Source: Phoronis australis (lineage: Eukaryota; Animalia; Phoronida). From it: a stretch of DNA of 64,000 nucleotides. The notes beneath the pieces are model-generated. The model was given only the letters and a program-made list of their open reading frames with translations, did no database searches and was not told the origin of the DNA. A program made the position numbers and the translations under genes. Shown here one piece after another: positions 1 to 13,100 of this stretch. The stretch is taken from the NCBI GenBank assembly GCA_002633005.1, contig NMRA01000193.1, positions 579,005-643,004 of the forward strand, written 5' to 3'. Numbering within the stretch: the first letter of the stretch is position 1; every line of letters starts with the position of its first letter.

Positions 1-401
1 GTTGGCAAACGGTCGCCTCTAAGTTGGTGCGACGTTGGCAAACAGTTGCCTCTTAGTTGGTGCAACGTTGGCGAACAGCCGCCTCTACGTTGGTCCGACG
101 TCGGTAAACAATCGCTTGCAGGGTGGCGGGACGTTGATAAGTGGTCGGAATTGAATTGGCGCGACTTCGGTAAAGGGTCGTATTTCCGCCGTCGGGCCCA
201 GGTCGTACCGTCGTCGGTTATTAGTCGGCAGTCGGACCAACGTCGGGTCATCGGCGGCCCGACTGCGACGTTCTTACGACGTTGTTACAACGTTCATCCG
301 ATGGACAAAATCACGTTGGTCCGACGTCAGACACCAACGTTGGCCCGACGTAACGTGAGTCGTCGGACCGACGTTGGACCACCGACAGCATGCTATCTGG
401 G
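1..401. mobile_element. Right end of a non-autonomous DNA transposon (EnSpm/CACTA CCC-type-like) with 33-bp subterminal tandem repeats
   Basis: GTTGGC(A/G)AAC recurs at 1, 34 and 67 (33-bp period), with dense ACGTTGG/CGTCGG motifs. The stretch ends TGCTATCTGGG (revcomp CCCAGATAGCA) at 401, exactly where similarity to the GPCR exon (29910 onward) begins. The superfamily is inferred from the terminus only. Confidence 0.5.
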
Positions 402-1106
402 ACTTGACCATTGCAGACCGACTTTTGCTCGATACAGTAACGTTGTCGAGGGCAACGTAGCAGGCCAGGCGTGCGTTCAGTAACGCTAGGACCTACGCTA
501 GGTCCTAGCTAAAATCTAGCCAAAGTCACGCGATCTCATTTAAAATACACAGCAATATATCACGTAATCTCGCGAAGTCTTGCTTTTTAGCGAGGTCCTA
601 GCGTTACTGAACGGGAGGCAGGACAGTTGAATTCCTCGCAGCTCACTTCATCTTCCCCATTCACACAATCGTCTATGCCGTCACATACTCGACGTACATG
701 TATACAGAATGAGCCTGGACACTGGATTTGTGAACAGTTTTTTTGAGAACGCTTAAGTCACGACACGCGTCCACGACAGCATTTACGTTCCTATCAACGT
801 AATACAAGCACTTAGTGACCCGTCTGAAACATCTCGGATAATGCGGCATGCAACAAACTTCGTCATCCCTTGGACAGAACGGCTTGTACTTTACAGTAAT
901 AATAGTTTTTTTAGCAGTGCCTGTAATGATCTCTCGTTTAATTGAGTCCACATACTTCAGGAACTCATCTTCATCTGTGCACGTGGGACAGTCGGGTTGT
1001 AAATTGTTTTGACGAGATTTGGGAATGCAGGTTGCGGTCCTAAATCAAGTCGCAAGTTCTGTTCGTTGCAATACACGTACCATCTACACAGCGGAATTCA
1101 CCAGTC
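402..1106 (-). pseudogene. Decayed paralogous fragment of the GRL101-like GPCR last exon (LDLa region)
   Basis: Colinear with 29910-30555. ORF 673..951 (DSIKREIITGTAKKTIITVKYKPFCPRDDEVCCMPHYPRCFRR) matches DSIKGEVNTGTATKPIITVNYKPFCTRDDEVRCIPHYPRCFRR. It carries deletions near 725 and 1037, frameshifts and a MITE insertion. Confidence 0.92.
470..618. mobile_element. 149-bp MITE with TIRs and a 4-bp CAGG target duplication
   Basis: TIR core CGTTCAGTAACGCTAGGACCT (474-494) pairs with AGGTCCTAGCGTTACTGAACG (592-612). CAGG lies at 466-469 and 619-622. Removing the element restores colinearity with the intact gene (GTAGCATCCCAGGACAC near 29965). Confidence 0.85.
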
Positions 1107-2700
1107 TGAGCAGTACATGGATAACATTGATCAATACATTGCATGGGATACACATTGATGCAAAAGTGTGAGTATACATGAAATTGAAACTTCACTGGTT
1201 TACACAAATTAAGTTTAGTTCCTGCTTTAACGTGTCAATACTGATGGTAGAAGTCTAATAAACAGCCAAGATGTTTTTCGAAGCACTTGTTAGGCCCTCT
1301 GTCCTGTAAACTGTTGGATTGTGTAAGTGAGTCTGGAAGAGCCTAGTCACATAAGAAAAAAGCAGGCACTTTCATTAAACTTCCCTTGTCCTGCAGCCCT
1401 TTGTTTACCCAATGGTGACCACACCACCAATAATACATAGCCAACATACTCAGTCACCTGAGATGTAACCTGCTCAACTTTTTTAATGCTCCTGCTAGTC
1501 TGCATTTGGCTATACATGTACCTATTTGCCTTTTGGCAGGTACCATTCATAGCATGTTGTCCTGTAATAATGATATGACCACTTCCAGGATCCTGTAATC
1601 GGAGAATCAGATTTCTCCAATAAACAACAGGCATTTAAATGGTTCCCTTCCACTCCCATGCATGATTTTGTCAGTATGATCTCACTTTTCTCACAACAAG
1701 CTTCGGTCTACCAACACTACCCAAGTTTCCTTGCATTCAACCTGAGGCTGTCATCCACTGGTTTGTGTTCAAGAGAACTACATGTAGCTACCTGGCTAGT
1801 AGAGGAAAGAGTCCCTGGTGATAGATGATGCTTTCTTTTGGCAATGAAAACCCACGAATAATTTTGCAATTCAAGTCCAAAATCTGAAAGTTGCCAGCAA
1901 GTAGAAATCCTACCCACGACCATCGGCTGACAAACAGGGTCTATTCAATCACAATAACAACACTCTGTTTCAGTCACAAGATTGATAGACCTAGAACTAG
2001 GTTACACTGCCTATTTTACTCGACCCAAGCACTACGATATTACTATCAAATTTAGTAAGCAATTTTCCGCCAGGTAATGGTTTCATTTAATTCTAAGAGT
2101 AATAGTCAAAATGTTCAAGAAACGAATAAATTACCTAGCTAAGACGATCTTCTCTTCTTCGAATGAGTACCAGAAACAGCTGATTATTTCATGTCCAATA
2201 GGGACACTGATTTTCCACATAAAGATATTGACTGACTGATGTGTAGAAGAAGACAAACAGCCACTGTCACTGTTGCACAGTTGACGGAACCCTCTGACGC
2301 TTTTGGAAGCTTCACTATTCCACCGACTTAGGTACGCCTTTGTAAGAAACCTGGAATTGTGATGCACATCAAATGGGTTTATATAGTTTGGCTTATTGAC
2401 GCACATAAAACAATCTCCATGAAGATTCTAACAACTACAGTGAAACCATAGATTTCCGGATCTTTGCCCTCGGTGGTCACTTTAAAACTTTTGTTATTTA
2501 CACTGCGTCATTTTCCGGTCACACAAATTTCATACCGATTGGTCACATGCTTTTTGTTAGACAGTACTTCCAACATCGAATCACTTTCGCTCTTTCCTTT
2601 ATCGTTGTTTATGTCTTCATCGCACTGTTATTTTTCAATATCAAGCTGTTTATCTCCATTTCTTACACTTACGCGCGTGGGGTTATGGAGTTTGCAGGTT
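1101..2700 (-). pseudogene. Decayed unidentified protein-coding gene ('gene Z'), copy 1
   Basis: 1101-2180 aligns with 61656-63222. Translated blocks are conserved (HAWEW..PVV.WRNL..LQ..SGH.IITGQ; VVWS.LGK.RA.GQG..ESAC), and a minus-strand donor CTAG|GTAA is shared at ~2134. Many stops and frameshifts; the extension to ~2700 is tentative. Confidence 0.55.
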
Positions 2701-2943
2701 CCCTGAGTGCAAAGACATTTTTGCTGAATGAATCGTCAGCCCTTCTTGTTGATTGAGACACTGCTGGGTGTGCGAAATTGTTCAAAAGGGTCATGTGACT
2801 TCTGAACGATCCAAACAATTTCGAACTATGCAGAATACGCTTTGCTTATGTTAGGGACGAACGAGATGAACTAAAGGGCAATTTCGTGAAATGGTCAACC
2901 TTGAGACAAAAATTAGTGTTGCGACTATACTTACATTTCTGAT

Positions 2944-3231
2944 TAAAGAGGCCTTTCTGCTACTTTAGTTATCACACAGTAAGTTGCTGCCACCTTGTGG
3001 TGATTTTTGCAAGTGACTTACTGAACTGTCATCTGGAGGAGGATTTTAATGATTACGAACAGACAAAATAAGTTAAATTTGATCACATTACTGTTTTATA
3101 AATTGAAGAGACCTCTAAACCCAGTGGTGTGAAGGTGTTTAGAACTTACCCATTGCTGTGAAGGCTTTTTATTCAGCACAGACCAAGTTCATGTTATTAA
3201 AAGGTTTATTTCACTCATATCGGAATCTACG
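2944..3231 (+). repeat. 5' LTR of the BEL/Pao element
   Basis: Direct repeat of 8913-9214 (AGAGGCCTTTCTGC...TCATATCGG..TCTAC). Confidence 0.9.
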
Positions 3232-6200
3232 TGTGTGTGACTAGACAGCATCTGAAGGAATTAAAAGAAGCGTTCTTGGTTAGTAGAAATAAAGTACGTC
3301 ATGCCATGTTAGATGAAATGTCTGCAACTGAAGTTAAGTAAAAACTGCACGGTTTAAAGCATATTTGGCACACGTATGAAAAATGTTATTAAGCAAGTAC
3401 TAAAGCGTGCCAGAAGCAGTTTGATGCTGAAGTTCTTTTCAAAGATTTAGAAGAAAAGAGACTAAACCCGTGCCGCTTCATAAAAGAGCACAAATCTGGC
3501 TTGCGAAGCAACCATTTTAAGATGATTTTGAAGGTGGATATTTAGCTGATGTACATGTACGGCGCAAGAAAGCTGTAAAAACGAGAGCGACGAAGATGAA
3601 AGACGGAGAATGATGCAAATTTTTGGTAGCCTGACAATGCCAAAATCCGATATGCCTCGATTTGGCGGTGATCTGACCCAGAACTGCTTATTTATACGGG
3701 CGTTTGAAAATATCGTCACCCCACGTACCTCTTCAGGAAGTCAAAGGTTATACTATATGCACCACCTCCTCGACGGAGAACCAAAGGAGCCGGTAGAAAG
3801 TCACGATGAGGCGTTGAAACTCCTGAAAACGCAGTATGGTGACGGGTTCAAAATAGCCATTTCTTGTGTAGAAAGGGTGCTTCAAGGTCCGCGATGAAGT
3901 CGAAAGACAGTAAGGCCTTAAAGCCGTTTGCTGTGCAGCTTGCTAGCTGTAAAAGCACACTAGGAAATGTTGGGTATTTGGAAAAGTTAAAGAATCCAGA
4001 CATCGTGAAAAGACTGCTGGCTCGGTTTCCATATGATGTCCGGAATCAGTGGCGAACCAAGGCAGACTGCACAAGAATCAGAATTGAGACATCCTACTTT
4101 AGAAGATATTTATGAGTTTGTAAGAAGGGAGGTTCGAGTCCTGTCAAACCCAGTTTTCGGTGAAATCTCGGGAAAACCTACGCCTGGCAAAGCCCCCGCC
4201 CCACACAAAGCCAAGTCATTTGGCACTAAGTCGTCATGTCCAGACTGATAGGAGAATTATTTCCTTGACCAGTATCCTTCTTTTCATTCGATAAGTCTTG
4301 CAAACAGACAAAAGATGATTCAGGAAAGACGGCTGTGTTTGAACTGTCTGAAGACGAATCACAGAGCAGCAGAATGTAGAGGCACAATCTTCTTCAAAGT
4401 GTGCAATAAAAGCACAACACGGTGTTGCATTCGCACGAAACATCACTAGCAGGCTCATCACCAATCCAGGACAGTTCTGCTGTCCAAATGACATCTACAA
4501 ACGGCCAAGTACGAACCAATGGTGACTTTGTTAGTTTGCCCATTACACCCGTCAAGGTTAAACTGGTGCCCGTACAGTGATGACCTGTGCATTCCTAGAC
4601 AATGGATCCACTATATCATTCTGTATTAAAGAAGCTGAATATCGGTATGACCGAACAAGCATGCATCAATTTGACAACTATGTCAAAGACCAAAGAACAG
4701 CTTGATTGCGGACTGGTAAGTCTGGACGGATATGACCTGGATGAGAATGATATGCTACATTTACCGAATTTATTTACAGTTCCTGCACTTCCACTCTCCT
4801 ATTCTGACAGACCCAACCAACAAGACTTGACACGTTGGCTTCAACTGCGACATCTGCAATTGCCCAGGATCAACCCTGCATTTGGATTGCTAATCGGCAG
4901 TAACCACAGTCCAGCTCTCTAACCACTGGAAGTCATAAGGTCCACGCAGAGAGGTCCATTCGCAGTTGAAACTATGTTTTGCTGGACCGTCAACGGACCC
5001 CTTGGGAGAGAGGAAGGTCACTACAGGGCCAACACCATTATCACAAATGAAGTCTTGTCTACGCAGTTCAGTTAATATTGCAATATTGAGTTTAATGACA
5101 TGATGTATGACCAAGACTACACAGCTATGTCGGTAGATGAGCATAGGGCATGACATGTAATGGGATCTTCGGCGAAGTCGGCAAATGGGCATTACGAAGT
5201 AGCCTTGCCTTGAAAGTATCCAGCAATTCAGTCACCAGATAGTAAAGCTATAGCTGAGCAAATACTAAAAATGTTTGGTAGACGGTTGAGCAAAGATCAA
5301 GTGATGTGTAGTCGTTACAATGAGTATGTGGAAGATTTGCTGAAGTCTGGTTATGCTCAAAGAGTAACAATTGTGCATAACGGTGTCAAGAAGTAGTATT
5401 TACCGCACCATCCCGTCTTCAATGAACAAAAACCAGACAAACTACGATTAGTGTTCCAAAGCACACGGTGGTTCACTGAATGATTCCCTATTGAAGGGTC
5501 CTGACTTGACAAACGGTCTAACAGGCGCTTGACTAGATTCAGAAAATAACTAGGAACAATCACGGGGGACAAAAAGACCATGTTCCACCAAGTACGAGTG
5601 CCAAGCGAAGGACAAGATGCTCTGAGATTTCTAGGGTATGAAGGTGGCGAATTTACAAGCCTGCAGTGTCATCACCAAGCATATGTAACTTTGCATTCAA
5701 AAGGACGGTGGCTGATAACTTACACAAGGGCAGCAGTGAATTCATATCCATAGTCCAAGAAAATATGTATGTGGCTGACTGCCTTAAGTCATTTGACGCA
5801 GTCCACGAGGCCATAACTCTTATTCGTAATGTTACCGACCTTTTATGTCAGGTTGGATTCAGGATTACAGAGTGTATATCAAACTCCTGAGATGTAATTG
5901 AAAGTTTTCCTGTCCATAAACGTACTGAAGCCATAAAGGATCTAAGCTCAAGTGACCTACCGAAAAAAGAGTTTTGGCTATGTGGTGGGACGCTACCACG
6001 AACTTTTTCTGTTTCAAGATTGAAGTGAAATACCGCCCTATAACCCTTAGAGGCATTCTCTCGGATGTCAGTGCTGTACATGACCCTCTCGGTAAGGTCT
6101 CGCCGTTTGTGCTCCCGGCGAAAACCCTTCTCCCGGAACTCTTTCGATAAGGACTGGGATGGGAAGACCCTGTTCTACAGAGAAGAGACGAGTGGATTAA

Positions 6201-6467
6201 GTGGATGAATGATGTCCGAAAACTAGCCAAGTTCAAGGTTCCCAGATGTTTTAAACCCTCTTCGGCAGTTATCGGACGCATTCGAAAAAGGTTACGGTGT
6301 AGCGTCTTATCTCCGAGTAAAAGACACAGACGGTCAGGTTCGCGTGAGTCCCTTGAAGACCCTGACAATACCTCGACTCAAATTGTCAGCAACTACCTTA
6401 CCGGTCAGAATTGACGCAGCAATACAAAGGGAGATGGACGTAACTGAAGAGTCGGTGTTGTGGACCG

Positions 6468-7628
6468 TAGGTGAGGCCGTCTTAACATTTGACCCTGAGC
6501 TCCATATGGTATAAACAACTTAATTGCCTGGCTGTGCTGTGGAATGTCTACCCCATTGAAGTCGGAGGGTATTTTACTCAGATTTAGGTCAGAAGCATTG
6601 TACCTAATTAAAACCTCATTACTTAGTCATTAGTAAGCACATACTTACCAAATTTTCAGCAATACATCTTAGGTAAATAAGCTTCATGTTGATTTAAATT
6701 TTATCCAAGCTTAGTATTGATAAAGGATTGACCATTAAGTAGTTTTACTTTTTGGTTTCCAGAAACAGACAGTTGCTTACAAATAATCCATTTCAATTTC
6801 CAGAAAACATGTCAGGAAAGATTTCCTTGTGGTATATCCTCATCATAATCTAGATCACTGAAATCTGTATGTAAATCTGACCACTCAGTGTCATCAGTAT
6901 CCACACTTTCATATCCATTATCACTGAAGTCTATATCTAAATGTGACCAGTGTCATCAGTATCCAAACTATCCTCCATAATAAAAACTTCAAGAATTGTG
7001 CCAGAGCAGCAGAGATAATGTCCGCATAATACCATGGCAGTAATTTGAAGTGAGTGAATGCACAGTGCTAGTGACAGAGTAGAATGTTACCAGTAATTGG
7101 ACATTTTGTTATTGTTCCTGGTCAGTTCTAATAAAATAAACTGGAGCACCCTAGCAGATGATTAAATGGTGACAGCAGTGTTATATAACACCAATTAGGC
7201 TCAAATTCAGAGCAATTAGCTTCAATCTAGTCTTCAAATCAAACAAACATGCAATATTTCATGGAAGAACATCTCTATAAGCTTTCAAAGTTACTACAAT
7301 AACCACTACAAAGTTAACACGCTTCCTGGTTTTTCCTTGAATTGGTAATTAGCTCGTAACGAAATGGTTCTAAAGTCCACAAATAACAGGGAATCGGTAT
7401 TAACTTTACCAGCAATAAGTTGATACAGAGTCTGGTGTCTCAATCTTCATTGGATAGAAAATTGGGAATACTCTAGATATATTTAAACTTAAACCAATAA
7501 ATTGCTGCCATCTATCCGTCCTGAAGGCGTGATTCGCCAGTGAGACACATTGTTTGGATAACGCCTCCAGTCGGCAACCGCGCCTGAGTGAAAAAACAGT
7601 CACGCCCGTATGGTGGGATCAGGGAGGA
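6468..7628. other. ~1.16-kb foreign insertion inside BEL pol
   Basis: The conserved BEL motif ESVLWT(DS)..LKYIRN is split between 6467 and 7629. No TIR or TSD was recognised. Confidence 0.65.
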
Positions 7629-8912
7629 ATGAGTTTTGAAGTACATACGTAACATAGTAAAAGGTTCAATATATTTTTCGCTAATCGACGGATGCCTCAA
7701 GAGTTTCGTCAGTTGACAGACTCCTTTCTAACAGCAAGCTGTTGACAGGACCAGATTTCTTGAGAAAACCAGCTGACCAGTGGCTATGCAAAAAAGTCAC
7801 CGAGATTACACTCTCTGAAGACGATCCCGAAGTAAAGACAGAAACCAAGATGTTTTCACAGAAAGTTGCAGACTCTCATCCGGTTCTTAAGGTTATTCAG
7901 TGCTGCTCATCTTGGACAAAGGCTAAGAGAGTGGCTTTATGAGTGACAAGATTCATAAACCGAATCGCAGGCAAGACAGGTAAAGTTGGTCCTTTGGTGC
8001 CAGAGGAATTGGATGATACGGAGAATCTCATTTTGAGAACTGTTCAGCGACATCATTTCCCTGTGGTAGACTGAACTGTACCCAATTTCAGGAAAGCGTG
8101 AAGCACCAGATTAGTCTACCAAAGTCAGACCATGTCACAACTTTGATTATCCGCCATTTCCACGAAGTCAACGGATATATGGGCAGGAGTTACACCGTAG
8201 CCATACTTCGCGAAAAGTTTTGGGCTATTCTTTCAAGAGCCTCAGTCGACGAGTGTTGCTACGCTGTTTCAAGTGAGAAGACACAACGCTAAACCAGTGG
8301 AACAAAAATGACAGATCTACCGAATGAGTGATTCGTGATTGGCAAGTACGGTTTTCATCTGTCGGACTAGACTACCTCGGCCCCCTTAATGTGAAGGAAG
8401 GCAGAAACACTGTAAAGACGTACGGGTGCACATTCACATGCCTGGCCAGTTGTGTAATACATTAAGACCTCCCAGCTTCCTTAGATATCGAGTCATTTAT
8501 CAATACTTTGAGACGTTTTATTTCCAGGCGTGTGTATGCAGACGTTATACGCAATGACAGTGGAACCAATCTAGTGGGTAGAGAAAGGGAGCTCAAACAG
8601 TCGCTCAGTAAGTTTAATCGAGAAGCGATCTCAGGATTTGCCTCACAGAAGAATATCAGGTGAATGTTTAATCCGCCCACTGGACCTCATTGGGGAGTCA
8701 TATGGGAAATATACCCAGGCAGCGATGGTCTTGTTCACAAAGTAAAGGTGAAAACACAGTTTTTCGAGCTCGAAAGACCTGTATCTAAGTGAGTTCTGTT
8801 GGAAGGTTGTGTGTGCTTGGATTGCTGTTCTGTGCTGAAATGTGTTATTTATACCGACATACTTTAACGATGTTACTAGTTAAACGTTTTAAAATTCGTT
8901 TAAGGTGGTGGG

Positions 8913-9214
8913 TGTAGAGGCCTTTCTGCCACTTAAGTTATCACACCGTAACGTGCTGCTACCTTGTGGCGATTCTTGCAAGTGACTTACTGAACTGCCA
9001 TCTGGAGGAGTTTTTAATGATGACGAACAGGCAATATGATGAGAAAGTTGTTTGACAAAATAAGTTAATTGTTTGATTAAGTTACGGTAGGAGACACCTC
9101 TAAGCCCATTGTTGTGAAGGCGTTTATACCATACCCATTGATGTGAAGGCGTTTTAGACTACACAGATCCAGTTCAAGTTACTTAAATGTTTTTTACTCA
9201 TATCGGCGTCTACA
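8913..9214 (+). repeat. 3' LTR of the BEL/Pao element
   Basis: TG...CA termini, preceded by the polypurine tract. Confidence 0.9.
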
Positions 9215-9659
9215 CTGGTCTCATCTGAAAGCCAAGACTCTCTAGTTTCAAGACCCATATTTGAATGTCAGATTTTTCCTTTTTCGTGAACGCACACGTT
9301 TTTGAGGATCACTTGTTCCTAAAAACACCGCGATTTTTATGAGTGATACTAAATATTTTATAAATAAGTTAATTATGAATATTTTACTATATTACCTATT
9401 TTATGCAACCACACGAAGCCTAAACATAATGATTTAAAATCTACTTTACATTTTGTATTTGGTATAGCCTCGTTCACTTACTAGTTATTTGTATTCCTAT
9501 TTAACGTGAGACAGTTTTCCTAAATGCCAACAGGCGTCAAATACAACATGATTATTACTTTCATTGTTATATGTATTGTTTACCAACTTTGAACAGAAGT
9601 GAGGATTTTAGGAAGTTGTTTTATATCTCTGATCAAATGTGTTGAAAGTTAACATCCTA

Positions 9660-12342
9660 ATTTACAAGACCTAAGACGAGAGACTTTGATGGGCTATGTT
9701 GTTCGATCAAAAGCAAACTGGATTGAAAGTGGAGAACGCCTGACCAAATATTTTTGCAACTTAGAATCAAGTTTTTAGTAAGTGGATATATGCTATAGAA
9801 ACGGAAGAAGGAGAAACTATTACGGATCAAAAGGAAATTTTATGTGAGACAATGAATTTTTATAAAAACTTATACTCTTCTAGGTCTGAGAGTGAAGAAC
9901 TGTTGAATAGCGTACTCGGACATTGTCAGTTCCCGGTGCTTTCGGAGTTGGAGGCAATCCAACGAGAAAATGAAATTAATATTGATGAATTATTTGAGGT
10001 TATAAAAATACAAAAAAATGAGAAAAGTCCAGGCTCTGATGGCTTTACGATGGAATTTTTGAAGTTGTTTTGGGAAGACATAAAATAATTTGTATTGCGG
10101 CACATTAAATGTAGATTTGAAAAGGGACATATGCCCACAACTCAACGGACTGGGATTATTACATGTATTCCAAAACCAGACAAGCCGAAACAGTTTCTGA
10201 AAAACCTGAGACCAATAACGTTATTAAATAGTGTATACAAACTGGCTTTGGGACGCGTTGCAAACAGAATTTAAAAAGTTCTAGACAAACTGATTGCAAA
10301 TACCCAAACTAGATTTATTAAAGGACGATTTATGGCTGAGAACACAAGACTAACTTATGATATTCCAGGACTACTTGTGTTAATAGATTTTGAAAAGGCT
10401 TTTGATAGTGTTTCCTGGGACTTTATATTCAAAGTCCTGGATAATTTCAATTTCAAAGCCAGTATTATTCAATATATAAGAACATTTTATAATAAACCAA
10501 TTGCCGTGTCATACAAAATGGATTTCTGTCAGACAACTTCATACTAGAACGCGGATGTCGACAAGATGATCCTCTCTCCCCTTATATTTTTGTACTGTGT
10601 GCTGAAATTTTGTCCAACATGATCCTGAAGTGAAAGGTATTAAATCGACCACGAAGACTACGCAGATGACACAACTTTTACATTTGAGATCCCTAGCAGC
10701 ACTTATGAACAGCCTAGGGTTCTATGCAGAGATGTCGGGGCTGAAGATAAACTATTCTAAGACAAAAGTATTGTGGATTGGAAGTAGAAAATTCTCTCAA
10801 GAAGTGTTTCACCGCAGGCGTTGGAAACTAAAATGGGGCGACGTTGATTTTACGCTTCTGGGTATTAAAATAAATAATGGAAATGAAGACTGATTAATAT
10901 ATATTGTCTCGTAGAAAGCTGACTATCTTTGGAAAGGTCACAGTATTAAAAACACTTGTGCTTCCAAAAATTACTCATCTGCTAATGTTGCTCCCAAGTC
11001 CCAATGATACTACTTTTGGTGATTCACTTGGGATAACCTGATAAAATAAAAAGAGGAGTACTCATTTAATCCATAGAAGAGGGTGGATTGAGGATGGTTG
11101 ATGTCAGAAAATACAATATGTCTTCAAACATTTCATGGATTAGAAGATTCTTTTTAACAATATCTCCATGGACTTATTTGTTGCAAAAAGATATATGGCT
11201 TACTAGAGATGGAATGTTGAACTATGGACACTATAGGTTAACTAGATCGGATAATTGTAACTCTTTTTGGAGAGAATGCTTCTAGTGTTGGTGCCTTTTG
11301 GTTCACAAGCAAACTATTTCAAGTCAAGAAGATGCGGTATCAATTAATGTGTGGGCCAACAGCCCTTGTATATTAATGACTCAATCGTTGAAAAAGGTAT
11401 AACATTTGTAAACGATTTTTTAGACTGGAATGATAACTTCTACACCTTTCCAGATGATGCATCAGATTAATGTCAGCTTTCTCAAGTATTATTCAATTTT
11501 CAGTGCAATAAAAATATCTGAATACGTTGTCCAAAAACTTAATACTAAAAAAGATATATGGACCACTTTCACCTATTTCTCTAAAAAATATTTTTGACGA
11601 AAAAGGGATGTCGGCATTCTTACCATATTCTGTGCAAAAATGACATAATACTATCGGCACAAAAGAAATTCGAAGTATTGGGATTTTCGCTATCAGAGAA
11701 GATGTGGAATTTCTACTACAAACTTCCACATGAAAGTGCGAATGACACAAGAGTTCTACCTACTGATTATTTTTAAATAAGGTTAGATATGTGAACTCAT
11801 ATACTTGTAATTTTTGTAAATACTTTCCCGAAACTCTAGAATATTCATTCTTTGAATGTGAATATGTTAATTCTTTCTTGCATGGGTACGTCTCTAGTTA
11901 ATGACTGCATTGCAAGTAAATTTTGAAATAGACAAAACCACCATTGTATTTTGTCTTCAAAATGATATATATATATATTTGATTTTGAATTAGTTCCTTT
12001 TACAAACTAAAATTTGCATTTTTAAAATGAAATTTGCTAACGTCAAACCTAATTTAAGATGTCTTAAAAATTTTGAGGGTGTGTTTTAATGTAGAAGTTA
12101 CTGCTTCGTTAAACGCACGGAAATTTAATGATACAAAAAATGGGAAGATTGGAAATGCGTTTTTGAAACATGAAGGGACCCAGACAGTTGACCAGATGCC
12201 AAAAGAGAAATTTAAGTAGTACTTTTGAACTTGGAAGTAACAATGAAATGCTTTCTTGCAGTTCTGTACGTTGTTGTGTTGTGTTGTGTATATTTTTATA
12301 TGTACCTGTCTTTTGTAATAAATGTATTAAATGTAAAAAAAC
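9660..12342 (+). mobile_element. 5'-truncated decayed L1/Tx1-type LINE ORF2
   Basis: Motifs RSKANWIESGERLTKYFCNLE, KSPGSDGFTMEF, RPITLLNSVYK, LIDFEKAFDSVSW, YADDTT and SGLKINYSKT. C-terminal CxxC..ETLE..FFEC at ~11805-11860. AATAAA plus a short A tail at ~12317-12342. Confidence 0.9.
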
Positions 12343-12699
12343 CATACCCAGCGTAGGTGATGATTTATGTCAAAAGACCAAACGGTGTTCTTTGATAAAA
12401 ATACATACATGCTACATTATACACTAATTAAATTTTGAATCACTTGCAAAAGACCACTGTAGCTTAAATAATGAAATTCTTAATTGCTATTTTAGCCACA
12501 ACAAACAGTTTTTAAACTGCCCGTCTAAATTTCTAATATTGAAATATTAGAAATTTAGTCGCGCAAGAGATCTGTTGTTCTGTGATACGCTTTTTCTTCC
12601 TTCATTAGTTTTGTAGTACTGTTTTATCACATTTTGACAAATCTGGGAAGACTTATCTTGTGTTTTACTTCTCGTATGCGCCCAAGGCGTATATCCGTA

Positions 12700-13100
12700 T
12701 TTTTTCACTAACAAATTGAAGATCCAGGATTAAATGTATTCCATGCACTTATGTATCGGGCACCTGTTACATGGTGTGCCAATTACAAGAACGCGTGTCC
12801 TTCCGAGTGTATGAGAGGACTTTGAGAAAGATCGAATCCGCGCAAGGTATTGTAATGTTAATAGCACTTGCAAAACGAAAAGTTTGCGTCAATGTACTCG
12901 TATGAAACATCTATGTAGACAATTTCAGATGAAATTTCGAATGGGAAACCCATCTTGGGACATTTGCATATCAGGTTTCTCGCGGTGTTATTCGCAATTG
13001 TGCAATTAACGTTAGCCGAAATAATTTCGCCACCAATTTCCGGGTCCACATGATGGTGGATGTTTCGTGCTTTAGTTTTGTTGCCGCAGCTGTCAAAGTC
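12700..13100 (-). pseudogene. Decayed leucine-rich-repeat ectodomain-like fragment
   Basis: Minus-strand translation LICKCPKMGFPFEISSEIVYIDVSY...CKCY*HYNTLRGFDLSQSPLIHSEGHAF resembles an LRR N-cap plus an LRR unit, with an internal stop. Confidence 0.35.

Larger units (their letters stand above)
2944..9214 (+). mobile_element. Full-length decayed BEL/Pao LTR retrotransposon
   Basis: Paired LTRs and a near-perfect 5-bp TSD (CTGAT 2939-2943 / CTGGT 9215-9219). Remnants of gag (MPRFGGD..FIRAFE..RLYY), protease AFLDNGST (~4590), RT (YLPHHPV, MYVADCLKS), RNase H region (DPLGKVSPFVLPAK) and integrase (8100-8700). PPT AAGGTGGTGGG at 8902-8912. Confidence 0.93.

Noticed and set aside
46-483. 145-aa ORF with WxDVG repeats; a CRISPR-like array was also considered
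   Set aside because: By-product of a 33-bp (11-codon) tandem repeat at a transposon end. There are no unique spacers or cas genes.
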